Of a stretch of 64,000 nt of DNA, positions 19,405-28,724 are shown piece by piece. Position numbers and translations under genes: made by a program. The stretch lies in NCBI GenBank assembly GCA_964473745.1, contig CAYYQE010000008.1, positions 73 through 64,072 on the forward strand, written 5' to 3'. Each line of letters opens with the position of its first letter. Positions within the stretch are counted from its first letter, which is position 1. The DNA is from an uncultured Candidatus Peribacteria bacterium (GTDB lineage: Bacteria > Patescibacteriota > Gracilibacteria > UBA1369 > UBA12473). The notes beneath the pieces were generated by a model, which saw only the letters and a list, made by a program, of their open reading frames with translations, was not told where the DNA came from and did not search any database.

Positions 19405-20128
19405 CTCCATCATTAACAAGTGCTTTTACGGCCTGAGTGCAACAGATCGCAATGTCTACTTTTCCTTTCAAAAAATCCACATCTTCTTTTTGCTGAATGC
19501 CAAAACCCATGGCCAGGGGTAAATCAGTAGCTGCCCGACACCGCGCAATATAGGCCTCTTCCTGAGGGCCAAACTTGGTATGCGTACCTGTAACACCAGT
19601 ACGCGCCTGACAGTAAACAAATCCACTAGATTTAGTCGCAATTTTAGCCATACGCTCATCCGAAGTTTCCGGAGTAAACATAAAAATCGGATCAACTTTA
19701 TGCTCGTGACAAGCCTCCACATACTCATCAGCCTCCTCCACTGGTAAATCCGGCAAAATAAAACCTTTGATGCCAATTTTTGCCGCTCTTTCGACAAATT
19801 CACAAACCCCATACTTAAAAACAATATTAAAATAAGTCATAAACACAAAATTCACCTCTGGGTAAGCACGACAAACCTCTTCGGCAAACTCAAAACACTG
19901 CTCGGTTGTTGTGCCGTTTTCAACTGATTCCTGCTGAGCAGCCGTAAAAAAAGGACCATCCGCCTCGGGGTCAGAAAAAGGAATTTGCAGTTCAATAATA
20001 TCCACTCCCACGCGCGCCATTTCCTTAACTGACTCGCGACACAAATCAAATGAGGGATAACCCAAAACCGCGTGCGAAACCAACAAAATCTCTTTTTCTT
20101 TAAACTTCATAGTCTTGGGCTTTAGCAA
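19367..20128 (-). CDS. trpA: Tryptophan synthase alpha chain
   Basis: The motifs ELQIPFSDPEADGP and GFVYCQARTGVTG are present. The likely start is MKFKEKE at 20110. Confidence 0.9.
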   Translation of the reverse strand: MLKPKTMKFKEKEILLVSHAVLGYPSFDLCRESVKEMARVGVDIIELQIPFSDPEADGPFFTAAQQESVENGTTTEQCFEFAEEVCRAYPEVNFVFMTYFNIVFKYGVCEFVERAAKIGIKGFILPDLPVEEADEYVEACHEHKVDPIFMFTPETSDERMAKIATKSSGFVYCQARTGVTGTHTKFGPQEEAYIARCRAATDLPLAMGFGIQQKEDVDFLKGKVDIAICCTQAVKALVNDGVRAMGEFLEGLR

Positions 20129-21329
20129 TTATAAATTCTTTCCAGGATTCATCGTCGTAGGCGTCAGCAATCGTAAAAATGTCCTTATCACCACGGCCAG
20201 ATTGATTGATGATTATTGAATCGTCCTTAGATAGCTTTGGGGCTTCCTTAAACACCTGCGCAAAGGCATGCGCTGATTCAAGCGCCGGAATAATCCCCTC
20301 CTGCTGCACAGTCAGCTGATGAGCATCAATAACTTCTTGATCAGTGGCGGCTTCAAATCGAACTTTCTTCGAATCGCGAAGGTGCGACATGATTGGTGAA
20401 ACCCCAACGTAATCTAAACCAGCCGCAATGGAATGAGTTTCTTGGAGTTGACCGTCGTCATCTTGAATAAAGTAAGTTTTGTAACCCTGAGCTACGCCAA
20501 GAGAGGCGTCTTTAGCGGCCAGACGAGCCGCGTGCTTTTTGGTATCAATTCCTTCACCTCCTGCTTCAACACCAACTAATTCGACGTCATCGTCGAGGAA
20601 TCCCTGAAAAATGCCGATAGCGTTGGAGCCGCCGCCCACACAAGCATAGACTTTAGACGGCAAACGATCTTCGGCGGCCAAAATTTGCTCGCGGGCTTCG
20701 TCTCCGATGATACGTTGAAAACGGGCCACCATCTCTGGGAAAGGATGTGGACCACAGACTGTGCCCAGCACATAATGTGTATCCTCCACGTGCGTCACCC
20801 AATCTTTCATAGCTTCGTTAATAGCATCTTTTAGAATTCCAGTCCCACTAGTTACTGGCACCACTTTAGCTCCTAATTTTTCCATCCAAAAAACATTCGG
20901 ACGCTGGCGTTTTACATCTGTGGCGCCCATGTAAATCACACATTCCAAACCAAGACGAGCAGCCATGGTAGCCGTAGCTACACCGTGCTGTCCCGCTCCG
21001 GTTTCAGCAATCACCCGTTTCTTTCCAAGTCGTTTAGCCAACAAGCCCTGCCCAATCACATTATTTAACTTATGCGCCCCAGTATGATTTAAATCTTCGC
21101 GTTTGATATAGATTTTAGGACCATTAAAATGCGCGGTTAAATTTTTGGCAAACATCAACGGCGTTGGCCGACACGAAAAAGTACTAAGTTCGTGATTAAA
21201 TTCGTCCCAAAAAACGTTGTCATCCTTAATTGCTTCATATCCAGCAATTAATTCCTCAAACACGGCATTAAGAACCTCGGGAATAAACATCCCTCCAAAT
21301 TCTCCAAAATATCCTTTTTGAGCTTTCAT
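20100..21329 (-). CDS. trpB: Tryptophan synthase beta chain
   Basis: The motifs KREDLNHTGAHKLNN and ETGAGQHGVATA (PLP site), plus GGGSNAIG, are present. Confidence 0.95.
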   Translation of the reverse strand: MKAQKGYFGEFGGMFIPEVLNAVFEELIAGYEAIKDDNVFWDEFNHELSTFSCRPTPLMFAKNLTAHFNGPKIYIKREDLNHTGAHKLNNVIGQGLLAKRLGKKRVIAETGAGQHGVATATMAARLGLECVIYMGATDVKRQRPNVFWMEKLGAKVVPVTSGTGILKDAINEAMKDWVTHVEDTHYVLGTVCGPHPFPEMVARFQRIIGDEAREQILAAEDRLPSKVYACVGGGSNAIGIFQGFLDDDVELVGVEAGGEGIDTKKHAARLAAKDASLGVAQGYKTYFIQDDDGQLQETHSIAAGLDYVGVSPIMSHLRDSKKVRFEAATDQEVIDAHQLTVQQEGIIPALESAHAFAQVFKEAPKLSKDDSIIINQSGRGDKDIFTIADAYDDESWKEFIIAKAQDYEV

Positions 21330-22321
21330 ATTTTCATTTGATTAAGTTCTTTCATTAAATCTTCAAAATCCTCAGCATTTAAAGATTGTTTTCCATCCGA
21401 AAGAGCCTCGGTTGGATTGGGATGCATTTCTACCATTATGCCATCGGCCCCCACAGCTTTAGCGGCCTTAGAAAGCGGTTTCACCAAAGAATACACACCT
21501 GTTCCGTGACTTGGGTCCACAATAATTGGCAAATGCGAAAGCTGCTTTGCTAGCGGCACAATATTGAGATCCAACGTATTGCGCGTGGCCTTTTCAAAAG
21601 TCCGAATTCCGCGTTCACACAAAATCACATTTGGATTTCCTTCATTTAAAATATACTCAGCTGCGAGCAAAAATTCTTCGAACATCGCTGATGGACCGCG
21701 TTTAAGTAAAATCGGCTTTTTGGTGCGCCCCACTAGCTTCAAAAGCTCAAAATTTTGCATGTTGCGCGCCCCGAGCTGAATCACATCGGCATACTCAACA
21801 AGAAGGTCAATATGACCAGCATGCAGAAGTTCTGTCACAACCGGAAGTCCGGTTTCTTCCTTGGCTTTGCGAAGGAACTTAAGCCCTTCTTCGCCGAGCC
21901 CTTGAAAAGAATAAGGGCCAGTGCGAGGCTTGAACGCACCACCGCGGAGCATATTAGCCCCAGCAGCTTTCACTGCCCGCGCCGCTTCCATAATTTGCTC
22001 TTCGGATTCCACGGAGCAAGGCCCAGCAATCATCACAAAATTGCCACCACCAATCTTAATCCCATCAACATCCACAATTGTATCTTCTGGATTCCACTCG
22101 CGACTCACTAGCTTGTACGGCTTAGAAACATGGATCAGCTCTTTTACACCTGGAAGATGGATTAGAGCATCGCCATTCACATAGCCGGTATTCCCCAGGA
22201 TCCCAATGGCGGTGCGGTGGCCGCCGGGAAGAACTTCGGCCTTCAAATCCATACCTTGGACGGCGGCCACAATATCCCGCACATTTTCGTCGGTCGCTGA
22301 CCGATCTAAAACAATTAACAT
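21326..22321 (-). CDS. aroF: 3-deoxy-7-phosphoheptulonate (DAHP) synthase, type I-beta, with N-terminal ferredoxin-like regulatory domain
   Basis: A KDO8P/DAHPS I-beta core (IAGPCSVESEEQ, LRGGAFKPRTGPYSFQGLG, VDPSHG) is preceded by a roughly 70-aa domain, as in the Thermotoga-type enzyme. Confidence 0.85.
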   Translation of the reverse strand: MLIVLDRSATDENVRDIVAAVQGMDLKAEVLPGGHRTAIGILGNTGYVNGDALIHLPGVKELIHVSKPYKLVSREWNPEDTIVDVDGIKIGGGNFVMIAGPCSVESEEQIMEAARAVKAAGANMLRGGAFKPRTGPYSFQGLGEEGLKFLRKAKEETGLPVVTELLHAGHIDLLVEYADVIQLGARNMQNFELLKLVGRTKKPILLKRGPSAMFEEFLLAAEYILNEGNPNVILCERGIRTFEKATRNTLDLNIVPLAKQLSHLPIIVDPSHGTGVYSLVKPLSKAAKAVGADGIMVEMHPNPTEALSDGKQSLNAEDFEDLMKELNQMKI

Positions 22322-23616
22322 TTTTTAAGGTGGTTAATAAATTTTTCAATTAAATCCGCATCTTTGCGGCCATTTTTTTCTACTCCTCGCGCCACATCAA
22401 CGCAGTACGGGGTCAATCCAGCCACAACTTCAGCCACATTTTCAGGAGTCAAACCTCCCGCCAAAAAATACGGAACATTCGGCTCTTTCTTCATCTCAAT
22501 CACACTCTCCTGTCCCTTTGCCACATCAAACAGCGGAGTCACCCCTTCAAAGGGCTCCTCCCCTACCAAAAATGACTTAATCACCGGCTTTTCAACCTGT
22601 TCACAATATTCTGCCGACTCATTCCCATGTAACTGAACAAAATCAAAATTTGCCCCTATTTCATTCACGCGCTCCAATGATTCATCACAAAAAAGCGCCA
22701 CAGTTTTCGCCCTTTCCACACTAATCCCCTGCGCCTTTTCAAGCTCAATATAGCGCGGACTCCCCTTCACAAAATTAAATCCCAAAAATTCCACTCCTAT
22801 CTCCTCACACGCCGTAGCTGTCTCCTGATCCTGAATCCCGCAAACTTTTAAAAGCGGACAATCTTTCTTAAATTCATAAACCTTAGTCGCCATATCATCG
22901 GCCCGCAAAAGCGCTGTCCCAACCAACATTGCGTCAACACGACCACGCAATTTCATTGAATCATACCGATCCTTAATCCCACTCTCTGAAACCAAAATCA
23001 CATCATCCGGAACCAACGCGCGCAACCTTAAAGTCGTCCCCACATCAACCTTAAAAGTCTTTAAATCACGATTATTTACCCCAATAATTTTCGCACCAGA
23101 ATTAAGCGCCTTTTCAACCTCTTCCTTATTATGCGTTTCCACCAAAGCTTCCATCCCTAAATTTTGCGCCTGCTCCCGAAATTCTCGCAATTGCTCCTCG
23201 GAAAGAATGGCCGCAATAAGCAATACGGCATCTGCCCCCATAGCAGCTGACTCCACAATTTGGCGTTCATCAATAATAAAATCCTTCCTGATAAGCGGCA
23301 AAAAAGTCCGCTTCCGAATTCGCGCAAACAATTCCTTACTCCCCCCAAAAAACTGCTCATCTGTCACTACTGAAATCGCATCTGCCCCATTTTGCTCATA
23401 AGTACGCAAAATCTTTTCTGGCTCTATATCCGGACAAATTTGACCACTACTTGGCGAAGCCATTTTAATTTCTGCAATCAAAGACAAATTTACGCGGCCT
23501 TTTAATGTTTTTTTAAATAAAAAACCACGGCAGCGACCCGGCATAGGATCAGAAAAATCACCCATTTCCGCAAGTTCGCGTTTTTTTACTTCCACAATGT
23601 CATCTAAAATACTCAT
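22315..23616 (-). CDS. trpCF: Fused indole-3-glycerol-phosphate synthase / phosphoribosylanthranilate isomerase
   Basis: A 433-aa protein. The N-terminal half is TrpC (IAEIKMASPS, LIRKDFIIDE, GVNNRDL). The C-terminal half is TrpF (LKVCGIQD...FVQLHGNE). Confidence 0.9.
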   Translation of the reverse strand: MSILDDIVEVKKRELAEMGDFSDPMPGRCRGFLFKKTLKGRVNLSLIAEIKMASPSSGQICPDIEPEKILRTYEQNGADAISVVTDEQFFGGSKELFARIRKRTFLPLIRKDFIIDERQIVESAAMGADAVLLIAAILSEEQLREFREQAQNLGMEALVETHNKEEVEKALNSGAKIIGVNNRDLKTFKVDVGTTLRLRALVPDDVILVSESGIKDRYDSMKLRGRVDAMLVGTALLRADDMATKVYEFKKDCPLLKVCGIQDQETATACEEIGVEFLGFNFVKGSPRYIELEKAQGISVERAKTVALFCDESLERVNEIGANFDFVQLHGNESAEYCEQVEKPVIKSFLVGEEPFEGVTPLFDVAKGQESVIEMKKEPNVPYFLAGGLTPENVAEVVAGLTPYCVDVARGVEKNGRKDADLIEKFINHLKKC

Positions 23617-24596
23617 ACCCGGTTGCTTAATGAAATATACTTATGGAAAAAATCATAAGCCCGACCAGTATCAAGCGCGCTTAGAGCAAGGGCATAACCT
23701 TCCTCCATAGTCTTGGCTTTATCAGCTAAAAGAAAACCAGCCGCACTATTTAACAAAACCAAATCACGCACTGGCCCCACAATATCGCCCGTCATCACCC
23801 CCTCAAAAATTTCCGCATTTTGCTTGGCATCACCACCCGCAATTTCTTTAAACGAAACAGGTTTAATCCCAACTTCCTTCGGATCAAATTCATAAAAACT
23901 TAGATGCCCGTTTTTAAGCTCAAAAATATTAGATTTTCCTGTAATCGTAAGCTCATCAAGCCCATCACTTCCGTGCACCACCATCACACGTTCATGACCC
24001 AGTTTTTTAAGAACTTCAATCATTTTTTTACCAGATTCTAAATCTGAAACACCCAAAATCTGACGACGTACCCCAGCCGGATTAGTAAGCGGCCCGAGCA
24101 AATTAAATACCGTCCGCCGATGAAGCGCACGACGAACCGGCATCACGTGTTTCATGGCCGGATGATAAAGAGGTGCAAACATAAACCCAATTCCAAGCTT
24201 TTTTAGTGTCTCTTCAACTTGTTCTGGTCCCAATTCAATCTTAGCCCCCAGCTGCTCCAAAACATCAAAACTACCGCAACGACCACTGGCTGCCCGATTA
24301 CCATGTTTAGCCACCGACACTTTTCCAGCGGCCAGCACAAAAGCAGTCATCGTCGAAGTATTCACCCTCAACAAACCAGACCCTCCGGTCCCACAAGTAT
24401 CCACAGCTTTTTCAAATCCTTTCACTGGCGTTACAAATTCTCGCATCACTTTTGCCATCCCCGTAATTTCCGCTACCGTCTCTCCCCGATCTGCTAATTC
24501 AGTTAAAAGCGCTGCTATTTCGCTATCTTCCATTTCACCTTTCAGCATGCGTTTCATAAACTCTGCGGCCTCATTTTCTGTATAAGTTTTAGACAT
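23613..24596 (-). CDS. trpD: Anthranilate phosphoribosyltransferase
   Basis: The motifs DTCGTGGSG, KHGNRAASGRCGSFDVLE and FNLLGPLTNPA are present. Confidence 0.95.
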   Translation of the reverse strand: MSKTYTENEAAEFMKRMLKGEMEDSEIAALLTELADRGETVAEITGMAKVMREFVTPVKGFEKAVDTCGTGGSGLLRVNTSTMTAFVLAAGKVSVAKHGNRAASGRCGSFDVLEQLGAKIELGPEQVEETLKKLGIGFMFAPLYHPAMKHVMPVRRALHRRTVFNLLGPLTNPAGVRRQILGVSDLESGKKMIEVLKKLGHERVMVVHGSDGLDELTITGKSNIFELKNGHLSFYEFDPKEVGIKPVSFKEIAGGDAKQNAEIFEGVMTGDIVGPVRDLVLLNSAAGFLLADKAKTMEEGYALALSALDTGRAYDFFHKYISLSNRV

Positions 24597-25185
24597 TTAA
24601 AAAACTTTTAAGGATAGTTTTTCCGACTTCCGTCCCAATACTTTCGGGATGGAATTGAATCCCATACAAAGGATGTTCTTTGTGCTGCAAAGCCATGATT
24701 AACTGATCGTCCACTGTTTCGGCGGTCACCATTAAATCATCGGAAAAAGACTCTTTTTCTGCCATTAAAGAATGATAACGCATAGCCCCAAAAACTTCTG
24801 GCAAACCCGCTAAAATATTTAAATGTGGCAACTCACCCACCTCTAATCGCTGCACCTCCGAAATTTTTCCGTGCATAATTTCTGGTGCCTGCACTACTTT
24901 TCCCCCATGCAACAAAGCAATTCCCTGATGCCCTAAACAAACGCCTAAAATCGGCTTTTTAGATTTCAATTCCAAAATCACATCCTTACAAACCCCAAAA
25001 TCTTTTTCTTTTTCCGGATGACCAGGCCCCGGCGAAATCACAATATGACTCGGATCTAACTTCTCAATTTCTTCCAGGGTAATCTCATCATTCCGATAAA
25101 CCACGGGCTCCCCACCCAATTCCCCCAAATACTGATAAAGGTTATAGGTAAATGAATCGTAATTGTCTAAAATAAGTGTTTTCAT
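24589..25185 (-). CDS. trpG: Anthranilate synthase component II (glutamine amidotransferase)
   Basis: The motifs ILGVCLGHQ and GIQFHPES (the class I GATase triad) are present. Confidence 0.9.
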   Translation of the reverse strand: MKTLILDNYDSFTYNLYQYLGELGGEPVVYRNDEITLEEIEKLDPSHIVISPGPGHPEKEKDFGVCKDVILELKSKKPILGVCLGHQGIALLHGGKVVQAPEIMHGKISEVQRLEVGELPHLNILAGLPEVFGAMRYHSLMAEKESFSDDLMVTAETVDDQLIMALQHKEHPLYGIQFHPESIGTEVGKTILKSFLNV

Positions 25186-25199
25186 CGCAAGTTTTAAAA

Positions 25200-26537
25200 T
25201 TAAAGAACAGAAAGACAGGACCTAGCCTTGTGCAAGCATTCCTCATGCTCGCGTTCGGGGACTGAATCATAAACAATTCCGGCCCCGGCTTGAATATAAG
25301 CTTTATCATCCTTACAAACCATCGTTCGAATGGCAATTGCAAAATCCATATTTCCCGAAAAATCAAAATAACCCACTGCTCCTCCATAAATCCCCCGCTG
25401 TCTCTTTTCTAATCCCGAAATCAACTCAGCCGCCCTAATTTTTGGTGCCCCAGAAAGCGTTCCCGCCGGAAAACATGCCCTAAAAACATCAAACACATCC
25501 TTATCCTTGCGCAGCGTTCCGGTAACATCCGAAATCATATGCATAACAGAAGAAAACCGCTGGATGTATTTCTCGGCTGGCACCTCCACTGTGGACACCT
25601 GCGCCACTCTTCCTACATCATTTCGTCCCAAATCCACTAACATCATATGCTCGGCCAATTCCTTAGGATCGGCTAAAAGCTCCGTCTCCAAACGCTTATC
25701 CTCTTCCTCACTTTTCCCCCGCGGCCGTGTGCCCGCAATTGGCCTTACCAAAATCTCATTATTTTCTACCCGAACCAACGTCTCCGGAGAAGCCCCTACC
25801 ACCGCAAAACCTTCATACTGCAAAAAATACATATATGGCGATGGATTCGCATGTCGCAAACCCCGATAAAGTTCAAATGGCGTTTTATTTGTCTTCGCCG
25901 TGATCGAATGACTAACCACAATCTGAAAAACTTCCCCTTCCTCGATATATCTCTTACATTCCTTAACTTGTTCCAAAAACTCCTCACGACTCGGGATCAG
26001 TTCAAAATCCTGCGTCCCACCACCCGATTCAATAAAAGGAATCTGCAACGGCGCTTGAATCTGTGCCAAAATTTCACTTATTCCCTCATCACTTTCTCCT
26101 TCTCCCACTAAATAATGCAGCCGGGCCACATGTTTCAAATGATCAAAACAAATCACCACTCTTGGCAAAAAGAAAACTCCCTCGGGGATATCCATACCCG
26201 CCTTTTTCCCAGATTTAGAGATATCTTCAACATGATGAATAATTTCATAGGAAAAATAACCCACAAAACCAGCCTGCAACCCTTCTTGGACCGCTTCTTC
26301 CATCTCGTAAGTCGCCATTTTTTCCTTAATTATTGCGAGCGGATCCTCTTTTTCATCAAATTCTAAAACCTCAATAGGATCAAAACCAATAAACGAATAA
26401 CGCCCCATTTCGCCATCTTGCTCCGCACTTTCCAATAAAAATGAATGTGGCTTGTCCAAACAAAGCTTATAATAGAGCGATATCGGAGTTTCGGTATCCG
26501 ATAAAATTTCCCGTGTTAATGTCTTGTATCGATTCAC
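25200..26537 (-). CDS. trpE: Anthranilate synthase component I
   Basis: Chorismate-binding motifs (GTLSGAPKIRA, RGIYGGAVGYF, AGAGIVYDS) are present. Confidence 0.95.
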   Translation of the reverse strand: MNRYKTLTREILSDTETPISLYYKLCLDKPHSFLLESAEQDGEMGRYSFIGFDPIEVLEFDEKEDPLAIIKEKMATYEMEEAVQEGLQAGFVGYFSYEIIHHVEDISKSGKKAGMDIPEGVFFLPRVVICFDHLKHVARLHYLVGEGESDEGISEILAQIQAPLQIPFIESGGGTQDFELIPSREEFLEQVKECKRYIEEGEVFQIVVSHSITAKTNKTPFELYRGLRHANPSPYMYFLQYEGFAVVGASPETLVRVENNEILVRPIAGTRPRGKSEEEDKRLETELLADPKELAEHMMLVDLGRNDVGRVAQVSTVEVPAEKYIQRFSSVMHMISDVTGTLRKDKDVFDVFRACFPAGTLSGAPKIRAAELISGLEKRQRGIYGGAVGYFDFSGNMDFAIAIRTMVCKDDKAYIQAGAGIVYDSVPEREHEECLHKARSCLSVL

Positions 26538-26564
26538 CAGTACAAATTGTTAAAAAAATAAAAT

Positions 26565-26825
26565 CTAAAGAAATAAATTAAACCCACCTTTGCTCGCTTT
26601 TAGAGCCTTTGCGCCCCGGGTAACCAAATCAATACTTACCCCGAGCTCTGCTTTAACTTTACGCTGAGATTTGCCTTCAGAAAGCCGTTTTACAATCTGC
26701 CAACGCTCCGCAACTTGCTCTAATTCATTAGGCGTTAAAATATCGCGCAAAAACGATTCTGCCTCCCCGGTCGTCTTAAGTTTTGGAAACAACTCAAACA
26801 ACTCATCTAAATGTTCTTTGCTCAT
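26565..26825 (-). CDS. TrpR-related YerC/YecD-family DNA-binding protein
   Basis: An 86-aa ORF. FLRDILTPNELEQVAERWQIVKRLSEGKSQRKVKAELGVSIDLVTRG is the Trp-repressor-like HTH pattern. Its stop is 27 nt upstream of trpE on the same strand. Confidence 0.75.
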   Translation of the reverse strand: MSKEHLDELFELFPKLKTTGEAESFLRDILTPNELEQVAERWQIVKRLSEGKSQRKVKAELGVSIDLVTRGAKALKASKGGFNLFL

Positions 26826-26841
26826 AATTCATAGTTAAAAG

Positions 26842-26861
26842 TGTACTGCTATGCCAGTACA
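26842..26861 (-). promoter_or_regulatory. Palindromic operator candidate resembling the trp operator
   Basis: TGTACTG-ctatgc-CAGTACA is a perfect 7+7 inverted repeat 17 nt upstream of the yerC-like ATG. The GTACT half-sites are like the E. coli TrpR operator. Confidence 0.55.
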
Positions 26862-26888
26862 TTGTAACTATTCAAGCATTAAAGTCAA
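26861..26888 (-). promoter_or_regulatory. Sigma-70-type promoter of the yerC-trp operon
   Basis: The minus strand reads TTGACT (26888..26883), then 16 nt, then TACAAT (26866..26861). It directly abuts the palindrome. Confidence 0.55.
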
Positions 26889-26925
26889 GCCGAAATTTTG
26901 TTCTCGCCGGCTCCACCTGAAAACC

Positions 26926-28530
26926 CTACGGCGCAATCCTATAAATCTCAAATGTAAAACTATCACTTGCATTTCCGTCGGTATCCTCGGAATAAACAAC
27001 ATAAGTATTAGTCCCAACATCATAATTCAAGTGCTGATCCTCGGCGTAATAACTCCATTCTCCACTTCCCGCCACAAATTTAGTTAGTTGAAAATTATTC
27101 ACATAAACATTTACCGCACTCGCACTAACCGTTCCAAGCACCAAAACCGAAGCCGCGCTAGTGGTGTAAGTTCCGCTTAAGGCATCTCCATTCAAGCTGG
27201 TCACCGCTGGAGTTGTAAGAGGTTCATCAGAGACCTCTTCATCCTCAACCACTTCTTCGTCAGCCACGACCTCATCCTCAGTTACTTCTTCTTCCTCCTC
27301 AACATCCAAAAACCCTTCTGGAACCTCAATAATCACCTCCATTTTTTCACTTTCAAAACCGGAGCCGTTTTCTGCCACAATAGTAAACATATTACGTCCT
27401 TCTCTTAAATTACCATAATCAGCCGCAGCGCCATATCGCCAAGATAAATCCCCAGCCTCATAATGCTGCAAAACATAATCAAAACCACTGCCATCCGCAT
27501 TGTAACTAGTCACTGTTACTTGGGCGGTGTTTTCAGAAGTTGTTCCGTACAAAGCATAAGGCAAAGAATCATCCTCGGTTAAGGTATAAGGACTCCCCGC
27601 TGGGATGGTGACTGTCACTACTGGAGCAACTAAGTCCACCACTTCTTCTTCCTCCACAACTTCTTCGGTAATTTCCTCTGTGACCTCTTCAGCGACATCT
27701 TCAATTACCTCTTCAACCAATTCTTCAACAGGTTCTTCCACGGTAATCGTTGCAGTCGTTGTCGCACTCATCCGCAGAGCTTCGTCTTCGCTATCATTCC
27801 AAGTATACCAATGAGTAATTTTCCATTCATCGGAAAGGGCTGCCAAAAGAGAAACTGGCTGCCTGGCCATCATTGTTTCCATATCAGCTGCTGTAATTTC
27901 GATCTCTTGTCCAACCCCCACTTTAATTTGTTCCAATACTACTTCCCGATCTGAATCTTCCTCCAAAATTTCCACTAAAACCTCTCCTTCCAAAACACGC
28001 ACAATCTCTCTGTCAGTTAAACTCACTTCAAAAATCGTCCCATACGAAGTCACTCGTAAATTATCAGTCAAAACCACCATACGCAGGGCATCATCCGAAG
28101 AGTCCTCGACATTCAACCAAATACTACCTGTTCGCAATGATAATTGAATTTCATCTAAATCTTTGATCGTATCAATTTCCGCAACATTTACTTTTGTTTC
28201 CTCATCTAAACGAACGTTTGTTCCATTATAGAATTCCAATGTTCCTCGACTTTCTCGTTCCATAGCCAGCATATCTCCTTCTAAAACCAATTGGTCATCA
28301 TAAGCCTTGGTCCATTCAGTCTGACCCCAGGGCAAAATCTCTGCTCCTCCCTCGGTTAAATCAAAGTTAATTTTGTTCTTAAGATCAGTCTCTCGTTGAT
28401 CCATAAGAGTCCAAACAAATTGAACTATTAAAATCAAAATAATTCCGCCTAAAATAATCAAAAGAAACGGCCATAAAAATTCCATGAAACGTTTCTGACG
28501 GCGAATATGCGGACGACGTCGTCGTGACAT
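26926..28530 (-). CDS. Membrane-anchored FecR-domain-like protein with acidic linkers
   Basis: A 534-aa protein with a basic N-terminus plus TM helix (RRRRPHIRRQKRFMEFLWPFLLIILGG). A FecR-like beta region, E/V-rich acidic repeats and a C-terminal Ig-like region follow. The function is unknown. Confidence 0.55.
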   Translation of the reverse strand: MSRRRRPHIRRQKRFMEFLWPFLLIILGGIILILIVQFVWTLMDQRETDLKNKINFDLTEGGAEILPWGQTEWTKAYDDQLVLEGDMLAMERESRGTLEFYNGTNVRLDEETKVNVAEIDTIKDLDEIQLSLRTGSIWLNVEDSSDDALRMVVLTDNLRVTSYGTIFEVSLTDREIVRVLEGEVLVEILEEDSDREVVLEQIKVGVGQEIEITAADMETMMARQPVSLLAALSDEWKITHWYTWNDSEDEALRMSATTTATITVEEPVEELVEEVIEDVAEEVTEEITEEVVEEEEVVDLVAPVVTVTIPAGSPYTLTEDDSLPYALYGTTSENTAQVTVTSYNADGSGFDYVLQHYEAGDLSWRYGAAADYGNLREGRNMFTIVAENGSGFESEKMEVIIEVPEGFLDVEEEEEVTEDEVVADEEVVEDEEVSDEPLTTPAVTSLNGDALSGTYTTSAASVLVLGTVSASAVNVYVNNFQLTKFVAGSGEWSYYAEDQHLNYDVGTNTYVVYSEDTDGNASDSFTFEIYRIAP

Positions 28531-28724
28531 AATTTAATAAGGTTATAAAGTGGTACGTAAAATAGTGGATTTTTGGGTTTCTGTAAAGGAAAAAGGGGGA
28601 AGGGAGAAAAAAATGATCCGGTGCTTTTTCGTAAACGTCCCGCCGAGAGGCGAGAGGGGTTCTTTTTGGATCATGTATCCAAAAAGGTTCCCTCCAGTTA
28701 AGAAAAAGTGTCCGGATGATTTTT

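Noticed and set aside
19468-20049. Nested minus-strand ORFs inside trpA (19468..19824, 19852..20049), and similar nested or antisense ORFs inside trpB, aroF, trpCF, trpD, trpE, groEL, hppA and relA.
   Set aside because: Each lies wholly within a confidently identified conserved gene in another frame or strand, with low-complexity translations and no start context.
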